64,000 bases of DNA from Escherichia coli (lineage in GTDB: Bacteria; Pseudomonadota; Gammaproteobacteria; Enterobacterales; Enterobacteriaceae): NCBI RefSeq assembly GCF_044324785.1, contig NZ_CP172127.1, one strand, 5' to 3'. The translations under genes were made by a program, and so were the position numbers. How positions within the stretch are numbered: position 1 is the first letter of the stretch; each line of letters opens with the position of its first letter. This document shows positions 1 to 11,574 of the stretch, in pieces. The notes under the pieces are model-generated. The model worked only from the letters and a program-made list of their open reading frames with translations. It made no database searches and had not been told where the DNA came from.

Positions 1-1159
1 ACAGGGCATCACCATTGACGTGGCTTACCGTTATTTCTCTACCGAGAAGCGTAAATTTATTATCGCCGACACCCCTGGGCACGAGCAGTACACCCGCAAT
101 ATGGCGACTGGCGCATCGACATGTGAACTGGCGATCTTACTGATCGATGCCCGTAAAGGCGTGCTCGATCAAACCCGTCGTCACAGTTTTATCTCCACAC
201 TGTTGGGGATCAAACATCTGGTCGTGGCGATCAACAAAATGGATCTGGTGGGTTACAGTGAAGAGACGTTCACCCGTATTTGCGAAGATTATCTGACGTT
301 TGCCGGGCAGCTGCCGGGTAATCTGGATATCCGCTTTGTGCCGCTCTCTGCACTGGAAGGCGACAACGTGGCTTCGCAAAGTGAAAGTATGCCGTGGTAC
401 AGCGGTCCGACACTGCTCGAAGTGCTGGAAACCGTGGAGATCCAGCGAGTGGTGGATGCCCAGCCAATGCGCTTCCCGGTGCAGTACGTTAATCGCCCGA
501 ATCTCGATTTTCGTGGCTACGCCGGAACGCTGGCATCCGGTCGAGTGGAAGTCGGGCAACGTGTCAAAGTGCTGCCCTCTGGTGTGGAATCAAACGTCGC
601 GCGGATCGTGACTTTTGATGGCGATCGCGAAGAAGCCTTTGCCGGAGAAGCGATCACCCTGGTGCTGACGGATGAGATCGACATCAGCCGTGGCGATCTG
701 CTGCTGGCGGCAGACGAAGCGTTACCGGCTGTGCAGAGCGCGTCGGTGGATGTGGTATGGATGGCGGAACAGCCGCTTTCCCCAGGCCAGAGTTACGACA
801 TCAAAATTGCCGGTAAGAAGACGCGTGCTCGTGTTGATGGCATTCGTTATCAGGTTGATATTAATAACCTTACCCAACGCGAAGTTGAAAACCTGCCGCT
901 GAACGGCATCGGCCTGGTGGATCTCACTTTTGACGAGCCACTGGTGTTAGATCGTTATCAGCAAAATCCGGTTACCGGTGGGCTGATTTTTATCGATCGC
1001 CTGAGCAATGTGACCGTGGGTGCCGGTATGGTGCACGAGCCAGTTAGCCAGGCAACTGCTGCGCCATCTGAATTCAGTGCATTCGAACTGGAATTGAATG
1101 CCCTGGTTCGTCGCCACTTTCCGCACTGGGGCGCGCGCGATTTGCTGGGGGATAAATAA
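1..1159 (+). CDS. cysN: Sulfate adenylyltransferase subunit 1 (CysN), 5'-truncated by window edge
   Basis: ORF 20..1159 has no upstream stop to position 1; translation matches the C-terminal part of the CysN GTPase; stop overlaps cysC start (ATGA). Confidence 0.93.
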   Translation, partial: QGITIDVAYRYFSTEKRKFIIADTPGHEQYTRNMATGASTCELAILLIDARKGVLDQTRRHSFISTLLGIKHLVVAINKMDLVGYSEETFTRICEDYLTFAGQLPGNLDIRFVPLSALEGDNVASQSESMPWYSGPTLLEVLETVEIQRVVDAQPMRFPVQYVNRPNLDFRGYAGTLASGRVEVGQRVKVLPSGVESNVARIVTFDGDREEAFAGEAITLVLTDEIDISRGDLLLAADEALPAVQSASVDVVWMAEQPLSPGQSYDIKIAGKKTRARVDGIRYQVDINNLTQREVENLPLNGIGLVDLTFDEPLVLDRYQQNPVTGGLIFIDRLSNVTVGAGMVHEPVSQATAAPSEFSAFELELNALVRRHFPHWGARDLLGDK

Positions 1160-1764
1160 TGGCGCTGCATGACGAAAACGTCGTCTGGCATAGCCATCCG
1201 GTCACTGTGCATCAACGCGAGCTACACCACGGTCATCGTGGTGTAGTGCTGTGGTTTACCGGCCTCTCCGGGTCCGGTAAATCAACGGTCGCCGGGGCTC
1301 TGGAGGAGGCGTTACATAAACTCGGCGTCAGTACGTATCTGCTGGATGGCGACAACGTTCGCCACGGATTATGCAGCGATCTCGGTTTTAGCGATGCCGA
1401 TCGTAAAGAAAATATCCGTCGCGTCGGTGAAGTGGCGAATTTGATGGTTGAAGCCGGACTGGTGGTGCTGACCGCATTTATCTCGCCACACCGCGCCGAA
1501 CGCCAGATGGTTCGCGAACGCGTAGGAGAAGGGCGCTTTATCGAAGTGTTTGTCGATACGCCGCTGGCGATTTGCGAAGCCCGCGATCCAAAAGGCTTAT
1601 ATAAGAAAGCGCGTGCCGGTGAACTGCGTAACTTTACGGGAATAGATTCTGTTTACGAAGCGCCTGAATCGGCAGAAATTCATCTCAATGGTGAACAATT
1701 AGTAACAAATTTGGTACAGCAATTATTAGATCTGTTGAGACAGAACGATATTATCAGATCCTGA
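1159..1764 (+). CDS. cysC: Adenylylsulfate (APS) kinase
   Basis: 201 aa with P-loop GLSGSGKST; translationally coupled to cysN. Confidence 0.95.
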   Translation: MALHDENVVWHSHPVTVHQRELHHGHRGVVLWFTGLSGSGKSTVAGALEEALHKLGVSTYLLDGDNVRHGLCSDLGFSDADRKENIRRVGEVANLMVEAGLVVLTAFISPHRAERQMVRERVGEGRFIEVFVDTPLAICEARDPKGLYKKARAGELRNFTGIDSVYEAPESAEIHLNGEQLVTNLVQQLLDLLRQNDIIRS

Positions 1765-1813
1765 GACACCACCGGGTTTCCATGCCCGGTTCGTCAAAGT
1801 AACAGGATCAAAT

Positions 1814-2137
1814 ATGCGTAATAGCCATAACATTACACTAACAAATAACGACAGCCTTACTGAGGATGAAGAAACCACATGGTCACTGCCTGGTGCCGTG
1901 GTCGGTTTTATCTCATGGTTATTTGCGCTGGCGATGCCGATGTTGATTTATGGCTCTAACACGCTGTTCTTCTTTATCTACACCTGGCCTTTCTTTCTGG
2001 CACTGATGCCTGTCGCGGTAGTGGTGGGGATTGCGCTGCATTCATTGATGGACGGAAAGCTACGCTACAGTATTGTTTTCACCCTGGTGACAGTAGGCAT
2101 TATGTTTGGCGCACTGTTTATGTGGCTACTGGGCTAA
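1814..2137 (+). CDS. ygbE: Small inner-membrane protein YgbE
   Basis: 107 aa, hydrophobic helices; conserved position between cysC and ftsB. Confidence 0.8.
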   Translation: MRNSHNITLTNNDSLTEDEETTWSLPGAVVGFISWLFALAMPMLIYGSNTLFFFIYTWPFFLALMPVAVVVGIALHSLMDGKLRYSIVFTLVTVGIMFGALFMWLLG

Positions 2138-2330
2138 TTTGTACTTTCCCGTCTCCTCTGTTCATAATTCAAACCGTAACTAATAATGAGATTATGTTCT
2201 GCACGCCCTGGGTATACGTAACAATGGACAAATGTGGTACATTTGCCCGCGTTGTCGCGGTATCCCCAACAGAGGATGTAGAGTCGTCTTCGGATGCATG
2301 GGATGATGATGCCGTTTTTCAGGGGGCAGG

Positions 2331-2642
2331 ATGGGTAAACTAACGCTGCTGTTGCTGGCTATTCTGGTCTGGCTACAGTATTCGCTGTGGTTCGGTAAGA
2401 ACGGTATACATGACTATACCCGCGTCAATGATGATGTGGCGGCACAGCAAGCTACAAACGCGAAACTTAAAGCGCGAAACGATCAACTTTTTGCCGAAAT
2501 TGACGATCTCAATGGCGGCCAGGAGGCGCTCGAAGAGCGTGCGCGTAATGAACTCAGCATGACCAGGCCGGGCGAAACTTTTTATCGTCTGGTGCCTGAC
2601 GCGTCGAAGCGCGCACAGTCTGCGGGGCAAAACAATCGATAA
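2331..2642 (+). CDS. ftsB: Cell division protein FtsB
   Basis: 103 aa, N-terminal TM helix then coiled-coil; classic position upstream of ispD. Confidence 0.9.
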
Positions 2643-2660
2643 ATCAGCCCGGGAATTAAC

Positions 2661-3371
2661 ATGGCAACCACTCATTTGGATGTTTGCGCCGTGGTTCCGG
2701 CGGCCGGATTTGGCCGTCGAATGCAAACGGAATGTCCTAAGCAATATCTCTCAATCGGTAATCAAACCATTCTTGAACACTCGGTGCATGCGCTGCTGGC
2801 GCATCCCCGGGTAACGCGTGTCATCATTGTGATAAGTCCCGGCGACAGCCGCTTTGCGCAACTTCCACTGGCAAATCATCCGCAAATCACCGTTGTAGAT
2901 GGCGGTGATGAGCGTGCCGATTCCGTGCTGGCAGGTCTGAAAGCCGCTGGCGACGCGCAGTGGGTATTGGTGCATGACGCCGCTCGTCCTTGTCTGCATC
3001 AGGATGACCTCGCGCGATTGTTGGCGTTGAGCGAAACCAGCCGCACGGGGGGGATCCTCGCCGCACCAGTGCGCGATACGATGAAACGTGCCGAACCGGG
3101 CAAAAATGCTATTGCTCATACCGTTGATCGCAACGGCTTATGGCACGCGCTGACGCCGCAATTTTTCCCTCGCGAGCTGTTACATGACTGCCTGACGCGC
3201 GCTCTAAATGAAGGCGCTACCATTACCGACGAAGCCTCGGCGCTGGAATATTGCGGATTTCATCCGCAGTTGGTCGAAGGCCGCGCGGATAACATTAAAG
3301 TCACGCGCCCGGAAGATTTGGCACTGGCCGAGTTTTACCTCACCCGAACCATCCATCAGGAGAATACATAA
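2661..3371 (+). CDS. ispD: 2-C-methyl-D-erythritol 4-phosphate cytidylyltransferase
   Basis: 236 aa, N-terminal [11 protein letters not shown] nucleotidyltransferase motif. Confidence 0.93.
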
Positions 3372-3850
3372 TGCGAATTGGACACGGTTTTGACGTACAC
3401 GCCTTTGGCGGCGAAGGCCCAATTATCATTGGTGGCGTACGCATTCCTTACGAAAAAGGATTGCTGGCGCATTCTGATGGCGACGTGGCATTACATGCAT
3501 TGACCGATGCCTTACTTGGCGCGGCGGCGCTGGGGGATATCGGCAAGCTTTTCCCGGATACCGATCCGGCATTTAAAGGTGCCGACAGCCGCGAGCTGCT
3601 ACGCGAAGCCTGGCGTCGTATTCAGGCGAAGGGGTATACCCTTGGCAACGTCGATGTCACTATCATCGCTCAGGCACCGAAGATGTTGCCGCACATTCCA
3701 CAAATGCGCGTGTTTATTGCCGAAGATCTCGGCTGCCATATGGATGATGTTAACGTGAAAGCCACTACTACGGAAAAACTTGGATTTACCGGACGTGGGG
3801 AAGGGATTGCCTGTGAAGCGGTGGCGCTACTCATTAAGGCAACAAAATGA
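3371..3850 (+). CDS. ispF: 2-C-methyl-D-erythritol 2,4-cyclodiphosphate synthase
   Basis: 159 aa, [10 protein letters not shown]...HSDGDV motif; start overlaps ispD stop. Confidence 0.93.
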
Positions 3851-4876
3851 TTGAGTTTGATAATCTCACTTACCTCCACGGTAAACCGCAAGGCACCGGG
3901 CTGCTGAAAGCCAATCCGGAAGACTTTGTGGTGGTGGAAGATTTGGGCTTTGAGCCTGATGGTGAAGGTGAGCATATTCTGGTTAGAATCCTCAAAAACG
4001 GCTGCAATACCCGTTTTGTGGCGGATGCACTGGCGAAATTCCTGAAAATTCATGCCCGTGAAGTCAGCTTCGCTGGGCAAAAAGACAAACATGCTGTTAC
4101 GGAACAGTGGTTATGCGCTCGCGTGCCGGGCAAGGAAATGCCCGATCTGAGCGCCTTTCAACTGGAAGGCTGCCAGGTGCTGGAGTATGCGCGGCACAAG
4201 CGCAAGCTGCGTTTAGGCGCGCTGAAAGGTAACGCCTTTACCCTGGTTCTGCGCGAAGTGAGCAATCGCGATGACGTTGAACAACGTCTGATCGATATTT
4301 GCGTAAAAGGTGTACCGAACTACTTCGGTGCCCAACGTTTTGGGATTGGCGGTAGCAACTTGCAGGGCGCGCTGCGCTGGGCGCAAACCAATACTCCGGT
4401 GCGCGATCGCAATAAACGGAGTTTTTGGTTGTCGGCAGCCCGCAGTGCGTTGTTTAATCAGATTGTTGCTGAGCGCCTCAAAAAAGCAGACGTTAATCAA
4501 GTTGTTGACGGCGATGCGCTACAATTAGCCGGACGTGGTAGCTGGTTTGTCGCAACCACCGAAGAACTGGCGGAATTACAGCGTCGCGTCAACGATAAAG
4601 AGCTGATGATAACCGCCGCATTGCCGGGCAGTGGTGAATGGGGAACTCAGCGTGAAGCGTTGGCATTCGAACAAACAGCTGTCGCCGAAGAAACTGAATT
4701 ACAAGCCTTACTGGTGCGCGAAAAAGTTGAAGCCGCGCGCAGAGCGATGCTGCTGTATCCGCAACAATTAAGCTGGAACTGGTGGGATGACGTCACCGTA
4801 GAAATCCGTTTCTGGCTTCCGGCGGGTAGTTTTGCAACCAGCGTTGTCAGGGAACTTATCAACACAACAGGTGATT

Positions 4877-4896
<20 letters not shown>
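3847..4896 (+). CDS. truD: tRNA pseudouridine(13) synthase
   Basis: 349 aa, recognised TruD sequence; overlaps ispF stop. Confidence 0.9.
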
Positions 4897-6258
<1,362 letters not shown>

Positions 6259-6397
6259 AACATGAGGAAATACCTGGATTTTTCCTGGTTATTTTGCCGC
6301 AGGTCAGCGTATCGTGAACATCTTTTCCAGTGTTCAGTATGGTGCCTTGCACGGTAATTATGTCACTGGTTATTAACCAATTTTTCCTGGGGGATAA

Positions 6398-7537
6398 ATG
6401 AGCGCGGGAAGCCCAAAATTCACCGTTCGCCGCATTGCGGCTTTGTCACTGGTTTCGCTATGGCTGGCAGGCTGTTCTGACACTTCAAATCCACCGGCAC
6501 CGGTCAGCTCCGTTAATGGCAATGCGCCTGCAAATACCAATTCTGGTATGTTGATTACGCCGCCGCCGAAAATGGGGACGACGTCTACAGCGCAGCAACC
6601 GCAAATTCAGCCGGTACAGCAGCCACAAATTCAGGCTACTCAACAACCGCAAATCCAGCCAGTACAGCCAGTAGCTCAGCAGCCGGTACAGATGGAAAAC
6701 GGACGCATCGTCTACAACCGTCAGTATGGGAACATTCCGAAAGGCAGTTATAGCGGCAGTACCTATACAGTGAAAAAAGGCGACACACTTTTCTATATCG
6801 CCTGGATTACTGGCAACGATTTCCGTGACCTTGCTCAGCGCAACAATATTCAGGCACCATACGCGCTGAACGTCGGTCAGACCTTACAGGTGGGTAATGC
6901 TTCCGGTACGCCAATCACTGGCGGAAATGCCATTACCCAGGCCGATGCAGCAGAGCAAGGAGTTGTGATCAAGCCTGCACAAAATTCCACCGTTGCTGTT
7001 GCGTCGCAACCGACAATTACGTATTCTGAGTCTTCGGGTGAACAGAGTGCTAACAAAATGTTGCCGAACAACAAGCCAACTGCGACCACGGTCACAGCGC
7101 CTGTAACGGTACCAACAGCAAGCACAACCGAGCCGACTGTCAGCAGTACATCAACCAGTACGCCTATCTCTACCTGGCGCTGGCCGACTGAGGGTAAAGT
7201 GATCGAAACCTTTGGCGCTTCTGAGGGGGGCAACAAGGGGATTGATATCGCAGGCAGCAAAGGACAGGCAATTATCGCGACCGCAGATGGCCGCGTTGTT
7301 TATGCCGGTAACGCGCTGCGCGGCTACGGTAATCTGATTATCATCAAACATAATGATGATTACCTGAGTGCCTACGCCCATAACGACACAATGCTGGTCC
7401 GGGAACAACAAGAAGTGAAGGCGGGGCAAAAAATAGCAACCATGGGTAGCACCGGAACCAGTTCAACACGCTTGCATTTTGAAATTCGTTACAAGGGGAA
7501 ATCCGTAAACCCGCTGCGTTATTTGCCGCAGCGATAA
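6398..7537 (+). CDS. nlpD: Lipoprotein NlpD (LysM + M23 peptidase-like, amidase activator)
   Basis: 379 aa; lipobox LAGC, Q/P-rich repeat linker, LysM and C-terminal M23 domain; contains rpoS promoters by established knowledge. Confidence 0.93.
   Translation: MSAGSPKFTVRRIAALSLVSLWLAGCSDTSNPPAPVSSVNGNAPANTNSGMLITPPPKMGTTSTAQQPQIQPVQQPQIQATQQPQIQPVQPVAQQPVQMENGRIVYNRQYGNIPKGSYSGSTYTVKKGDTLFYIAWITGNDFRDLAQRNNIQAPYALNVGQTLQVGNASGTPITGGNAITQADAAEQGVVIKPAQNSTVAVASQPTITYSESSGEQSANKMLPNNKPTATTVTAPVTVPTASTTEPTVSSTSTSTPISTWRWPTEGKVIETFGASEGGNKGIDIAGSKGQAIIATADGRVVYAGNALRGYGNLIIIKHNDDYLSAYAHNDTMLVREQQEVKAGQKIATMGSTGTSSTRLHFEIRYKGKSVNPLRYLPQR
6594..6693 (+). repeat. Imperfect in-frame tandem repeats encoding QQPQIQP(V) units inside nlpD
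   Basis: Repeated cagc(a/c)gccacaaattcag-like units read directly; protein shows [25 protein letters not shown]. Confidence 0.5.
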
Positions 7538-7599
7538 ATCGGCGGAACCAGGCTTTTGCTTGAATGTTCCGTCAAGGGATCACGGGTAGGAGCCACCTT

Positions 7600-8592
7600 A
7601 TGAGTCAGAATACGCTGAAAGTTCATGATTTAAATGAAGATGCGGAATTTGATGAGAACGGAGTTGAGGTTTTTGACGAAAAGGCCTTAGTAGAAGAGGA
7701 ACCCAGTGATAACGATTTGGCCGAAGAGGAACTGTTATCGCAGGGAGCCACACAGCGTGTGTTGGACGCGACTCAGCTTTACCTTGGTGAGATTGGTTAT
7801 TCACCACTGTTAACGGCCGAAGAAGAAGTTTATTTTGCGCGTCGCGCACTGCGTGGAGATGTTGCCTCCCGCCGCCGGATGATCGAGAGTAACTTGCGTC
7901 TGGTGGTAAAAATTGCCCGCCGTTATGGCAATCGTGGTCTGGCGTTGCTGGACCTTATCGAAGAGGGCAACCTGGGGCTGATCCGCGCGGTTGAGAAGTT
8001 TGACCCGGAACGTGGTTTCCGCTTCTCAACATACGCAACCTGGTGGATTCGCCAGACGATCGAACGGGCGATTATGAACCAAACCCGTACTATTCGTTTG
8101 CCTATTCACATCGTAAAGGAGCTGAACGTTTACCTGCGAACCGCACGCGAGTTGTCCCATAAACTGGACCACGAACCAAGTGCGGAAGAGATCGCAGAGC
8201 AACTGGATAAGCCAGTTGATGACGTCAGCCGTATGCTTCGTCTTAACGAGCGCATTACCTCGGTAGACACCCCGCTAGGTGGTGATTCCGAAAAAGCGTT
8301 GCTGGACATCCTGGCCGATGAAAAAGAGAACGGTCCGGAAGATACCACGCAAGATGACGATATGAAGCAGAGCATCGTCAAATGGCTGTTCGAGCTGAAC
8401 GCCAAACAGCGTGAAGTACTGGCACGTCGATTCGGTTTGCTGGGGTACGAAGCGGCAACACTGGAAGATGTAGGTCGTGAAATTGGCCTCACCCGTGAAC
8501 GTGTTCGCCAGATTCAGGTTGAAGGCCTGCGCCGTTTGCGCGAAATCCTGCAAACGCAGGGGCTGAATATCGAAGCGCTGTTCCGCGAGTAA
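7600..8592 (+). CDS. rpoS: RNA polymerase sigma factor RpoS (sigma-38), full length
   Basis: ORF 7564..8592; start set at ATG 7600 ([11 protein letters not shown]...), 330 aa; codon 33 is GAG (Glu), no internal stop. Confidence 0.95.
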   Translation: MSQNTLKVHDLNEDAEFDENGVEVFDEKALVEEEPSDNDLAEEELLSQGATQRVLDATQLYLGEIGYSPLLTAEEEVYFARRALRGDVASRRRMIESNLRLVVKIARRYGNRGLALLDLIEEGNLGLIRAVEKFDPERGFRFSTYATWWIRQTIERAIMNQTRTIRLPIHIVKELNVYLRTARELSHKLDHEPSAEEIAEQLDKPVDDVSRMLRLNERITSVDTPLGGDSEKALLDILADEKENGPEDTTQDDDMKQSIVKWLFELNAKQREVLARRFGLLGYEAATLEDVGREIGLTRERVRQIQVEGLRRLREILQTQGLNIEALFRE

Positions 8593-8607
8593 GTAAGCAT
8601 CTGTCAG

Positions 8608-8645
8608 AAAGGCCAGTCTCAAGCGAGGCTGGCCTTTTTCTTTTG
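8608..8645 (+). terminator. Rho-independent terminator downstream of rpoS
   Basis: GC-rich hairpin ggccagtctcaagcgaggctggcc followed by ttttt ctttt. Confidence 0.6.
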
Positions 8646-8712
8646 GTTGGGGAGTTGGTGTGTTTTGTCGCCTGGATAAGACACGTCAGTGTCCCACCCG
8701 GCAATCAGCATC

Positions 8713-9120
8713 CTATTTGCTCATCATCTTGCGCACCAGTTGCATAAACAGCTCTTGCTCTTCTCCACTCAAACGCCCCAAAAATTCCTCATCCACACTG
8801 TCACCAATCGGTATCGCCGCAGCAAGTACCTTTTCTCCTTCGGCAGTCAGCCAGACAAAGCGACGCCGCTTGTCAGCGGCGTCATGTTCACGTCTGACTA
8901 AGCCACGATTTTCCATTCTTGCCAACATTTCTGCCAGCGTTGCTTTGGTGCTGACGGCTGCTTCCATCAGTGCCACCTGTTCGATACCAGGTTTATCAGC
9001 AATGGCGCGCATCACCGCGTACTGTGGTTTGGTCAGATCAGGTAACTCGTGCTGCCAGCGAGCCGTATGCTGCTGAAAAAGCTGTCGTAACTGATGGAAC
9101 GCTTTATTTCGTAACGCCAT
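8713..9120 (-). CDS. MarR/SlyA-family transcriptional regulator
   Basis: 135 aa winged-helix MarR-like sequence; divergent from the decarboxylase cluster. Confidence 0.8.
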   Translation of the reverse strand: MALRNKAFHQLRQLFQQHTARWQHELPDLTKPQYAVMRAIADKPGIEQVALMEAAVSTKATLAEMLARMENRGLVRREHDAADKRRRFVWLTAEGEKVLAAAIPIGDSVDEEFLGRLSGEEQELFMQLVRKMMSK

Positions 9121-9234
9121 GTAAACTCCGGGCTAATTCTCTGTCGCTATCATAGCGGTTTTTCAGTGACGAAGAAGATGTTGTTACTTTTCAATCCTTG
9201 CCGCTGTGGAAATGAAGGAGTATGTTAATAATAA

Positions 9235-9250
9235 TGTTCGTATACGAACA
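9235..9250. promoter_or_regulatory. Perfect 16-bp palindrome TGTTCGTATACGAACA, candidate operator in divergent promoter region
   Basis: Read directly; lies 17 bp upstream of the UbiX-like start, between divergent MarR gene and decarboxylase operon; MarR regulators bind palindromes. Confidence 0.4.
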
Positions 9251-9266
9251 ATTAAGAGAGTAAGCA

Positions 9267-9860
9267 ATGAAACTGATCGTCGGGATGACAGGGGCTACCG
9301 GTGCGCCTCTTGGTGTGGCATTACTGCAAGCGCTGCGGGAGATGCCGAATGTCGAGACTCATCTGGTGATGTCGAAGTGGGCGAAAACCACTATTGAACT
9401 GGAAACGCCTTACAGCGCTCGCGATGTTGCCGCCCTCGCAGACTTCAGCCATAACCCGGCGGATCAGGCGGCGACTATCTCTTCCGGCTCCTTTCGTACC
9501 GACGGCATGATCGTTATTCCATGCAGTATGAAAACGCTCGCCGGTATCCGCGCTGGTTACGCCGATGGTCTCGTAGGGCGCGCGGCGGACGTCGTGCTCA
9601 AAGAAGGCCGCAAACTGGTGCTGGTGCCGCGTGAAATGCCGCTTAGCACCATCCATCTCGAAAATATGCTCGCACTTTCGCGCATGGGCGTGGCGATGGT
9701 GCCGCCGATGCCTGCCTTTTATAACCATCCCGAAACGGTAGATGACATTGTCCACCATGTGGTAGCCCGCGTGCTGGATCAATTTGGCCTCGAACATCCT
9801 CACGCCAGGCGCTGGCAAGGGTTGCCGCAGGCCCGGAATTTTTCTCAGGAGAATGAATAA
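9267..9860 (+). CDS. UbiX/Pad1-family flavin prenyltransferase (decarboxylase B subunit)
   Basis: 197 aa, MKLIVGMTGATGA flavoprotein signature; first gene of three-gene cluster. Confidence 0.85.
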   Translation: MKLIVGMTGATGAPLGVALLQALREMPNVETHLVMSKWAKTTIELETPYSARDVAALADFSHNPADQAATISSGSFRTDGMIVIPCSMKTLAGIRAGYADGLVGRAADVVLKEGRKLVLVPREMPLSTIHLENMLALSRMGVAMVPPMPAFYNHPETVDDIVHHVVARVLDQFGLEHPHARRWQGLPQARNFSQENE

Positions 9861-11287
9861 TGGCATTTGATGATTTACGCAGCTTTTTACAGGCGCTTGA
9901 TGACCACGGCCAGTTACTGAAAATCAGCGAAGAGGTGAACGCGGAACCGGATCTGGCAGCCGCTGCCAATGCCACCGGGCGTATCGGCGATGGTGCACCG
10001 GCTCTGTGGTTTGACAATATTCGCGGCTTTACCGATGCCCGCGTGGCGATGAATACCATCGGTTCCTGGCAGAACCACGCGATTTCCCTCGGCCTGCCGC
10101 CAAACACCCCGGTTAAAAAACAGATTGATGAGTTTATCCGCCGCTGGGATAACTTCCCCATTACCCCGGAGCGCCGCGCCAATCCAGCCTGGGCGCAGAA
10201 CACCGTCGATGGCGACGAGATCAACCTGTTCGATATTCTGCCACTGTTTCGTTTAAACGACGGTGATGGCGGTTTCTATCTCGACAAAGCCTGCGTAGTT
10301 TCCCGCGATCCGCTCGACCCGGATAACTTCGGCAAGCAGAACGTCGGCATCTACCGCATGGAAGTGAAGGGCAAGCGTAAGCTCGGCCTGCAACCGGTGC
10401 CGATGCACGATATCGCCCTGCATCTGCATAAAGCAGAAGAGCGCGGTGAAGATCTGCCGATTGCCATCACCCTGGGTAACGATCCGATCATCACCCTGAT
10501 GGGGGCCACGCCGCTGAAATACGATCAGTCTGAGTACGAAATGGCGGGCGCGCTGCGCGAAAGCCCGTACCCGATCGCCACCGCCCCGCTGACCAGTTTT
10601 GATGTGCCGTGGGGCTCGGAAGTGATCCTCGAAGGGGTTATCGAAAGTCGTAAACGTGAGATTGAAGGGCCGTTCGGTGAGTTTACCGGCCACTACTCCG
10701 GCGGGCGTAACATGACCGTGGTGCGTATCGATAAAGTCTCTTACCGTACCAAACCGATTTTCGAATCGCTCTATCTTGGTATGCCGTGGACCGAAATCGA
10801 CTACCTGATGGGGCCTGCCACCTGCGTGCCGCTGTATCAACAACTGAAAGCCGAGTTCCCGGAAGTGCAGGCGGTAAACGCCATGTACACCCACGGCCTG
10901 TTGGCGATTATCTCCACCAAAAAACGCTACGGTGGCTTTGCCCGCGCGGTGGGCCTGCGTGCGATGACCACGCCGCACGGTCTGGGCTACGTGAAGATGG
11001 TGATTATGGTCGATGAAGACGTTGATCCGTTCAACCTGCCGCAGGTGATGTGGGCGCTCTCTTCGAAAGTGAACCCGGCAGGGGATTTAGTGCAGTTGCC
11101 GAATATGTCCGTGCTGGAACTCGACCCCGGCTCAAGCCCGGCCGGTATCACCGACAAGCTGATTATCGACGCTACCACGCCTGTCGCCCCGGACAACCGT
11201 GGTCACTACAGCCAGCCGGTGGTGGATTTACCGGAAACCAAAGCCTGGGCTGAAAAACTGACCGCTATGCTGGCCGCACGTCAATAA
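9860..11287 (+). CDS. UbiD-family reversible (hydroxy)aryl-acid decarboxylase, catalytic C subunit
   Basis: 475 aa UbiD-like; start overlaps UbiX-like stop (TAATG). Confidence 0.85.
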   Translation: MAFDDLRSFLQALDDHGQLLKISEEVNAEPDLAAAANATGRIGDGAPALWFDNIRGFTDARVAMNTIGSWQNHAISLGLPPNTPVKKQIDEFIRRWDNFPITPERRANPAWAQNTVDGDEINLFDILPLFRLNDGDGGFYLDKACVVSRDPLDPDNFGKQNVGIYRMEVKGKRKLGLQPVPMHDIALHLHKAEERGEDLPIAITLGNDPIITLMGATPLKYDQSEYEMAGALRESPYPIATAPLTSFDVPWGSEVILEGVIESRKREIEGPFGEFTGHYSGGRNMTVVRIDKVSYRTKPIFESLYLGMPWTEIDYLMGPATCVPLYQQLKAEFPEVQAVNAMYTHGLLAIISTKKRYGGFARAVGLRAMTTPHGLGYVKMVIMVDEDVDPFNLPQVMWALSSKVNPAGDLVQLPNMSVLELDPGSSPAGITDKLIIDATTPVAPDNRGHYSQPVVDLPETKAWAEKLTAMLAARQ

Positions 11288-11297
11288 GGAGAACAAG

Positions 11298-11534
11298 ATG
11301 ATTTGTCCACGTTGTGCCGATGAACAGATTGAAGTGATGGCGAAATCGCCGGTAAAAGATGTCTGGACGGTCTACCAGTGCCAGCATTGCCTCTATACCT
11401 GGCGCGATACCGAACCGCTGCGCCGCACCAGCCGCGAACATTATCCCGAAGCGTTCCGCATGACGCAGAAAGATATTGATGACGCGCCGATGGTGCCGAG
11501 CATCCCGCCGCTGCTGGCGGTAGATAAGCGTTAA
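11298..11534 (+). CDS. Small zinc-ribbon D subunit of the decarboxylase
   Basis: 78 aa with CPRC...CQHC motif; 10 bp downstream of the UbiD-like gene. Confidence 0.7.
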   Translation: MICPRCADEQIEVMAKSPVKDVWTVYQCQHCLYTWRDTEPLRRTSREHYPEAFRMTQKDIDDAPMVPSIPPLLAVDKR

Positions 11535-11542
11535 TAAAAAGT

Positions 11543-11570
11543 GCCGGGTAGTGGCTTTGCTTTACCCGGC
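11543..11570. terminator. Hairpin between convergent decarboxylase operon and pphB (likely bidirectional terminator)
   Basis: gccgggta-N12-tacccggc inverted repeat flanked by A/T runs. Confidence 0.5.
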
Positions 11571-11574
11571 CTAA

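Noticed and set aside
2122-2343. 73-aa ORF spanning the ygbE-ftsB intergenic region
   Set aside because: No convincing RBS, overlaps both flanking genes, and is more likely promoter/UTR sequence of ftsB; no recognisable protein features.
8660-9076. 138-aa plus-strand ORF antisense to the MarR-family regulator gene
   Set aside because: Ser/Cys-rich low-complexity translation fully contained in the opposite strand of a well-formed MarR gene.
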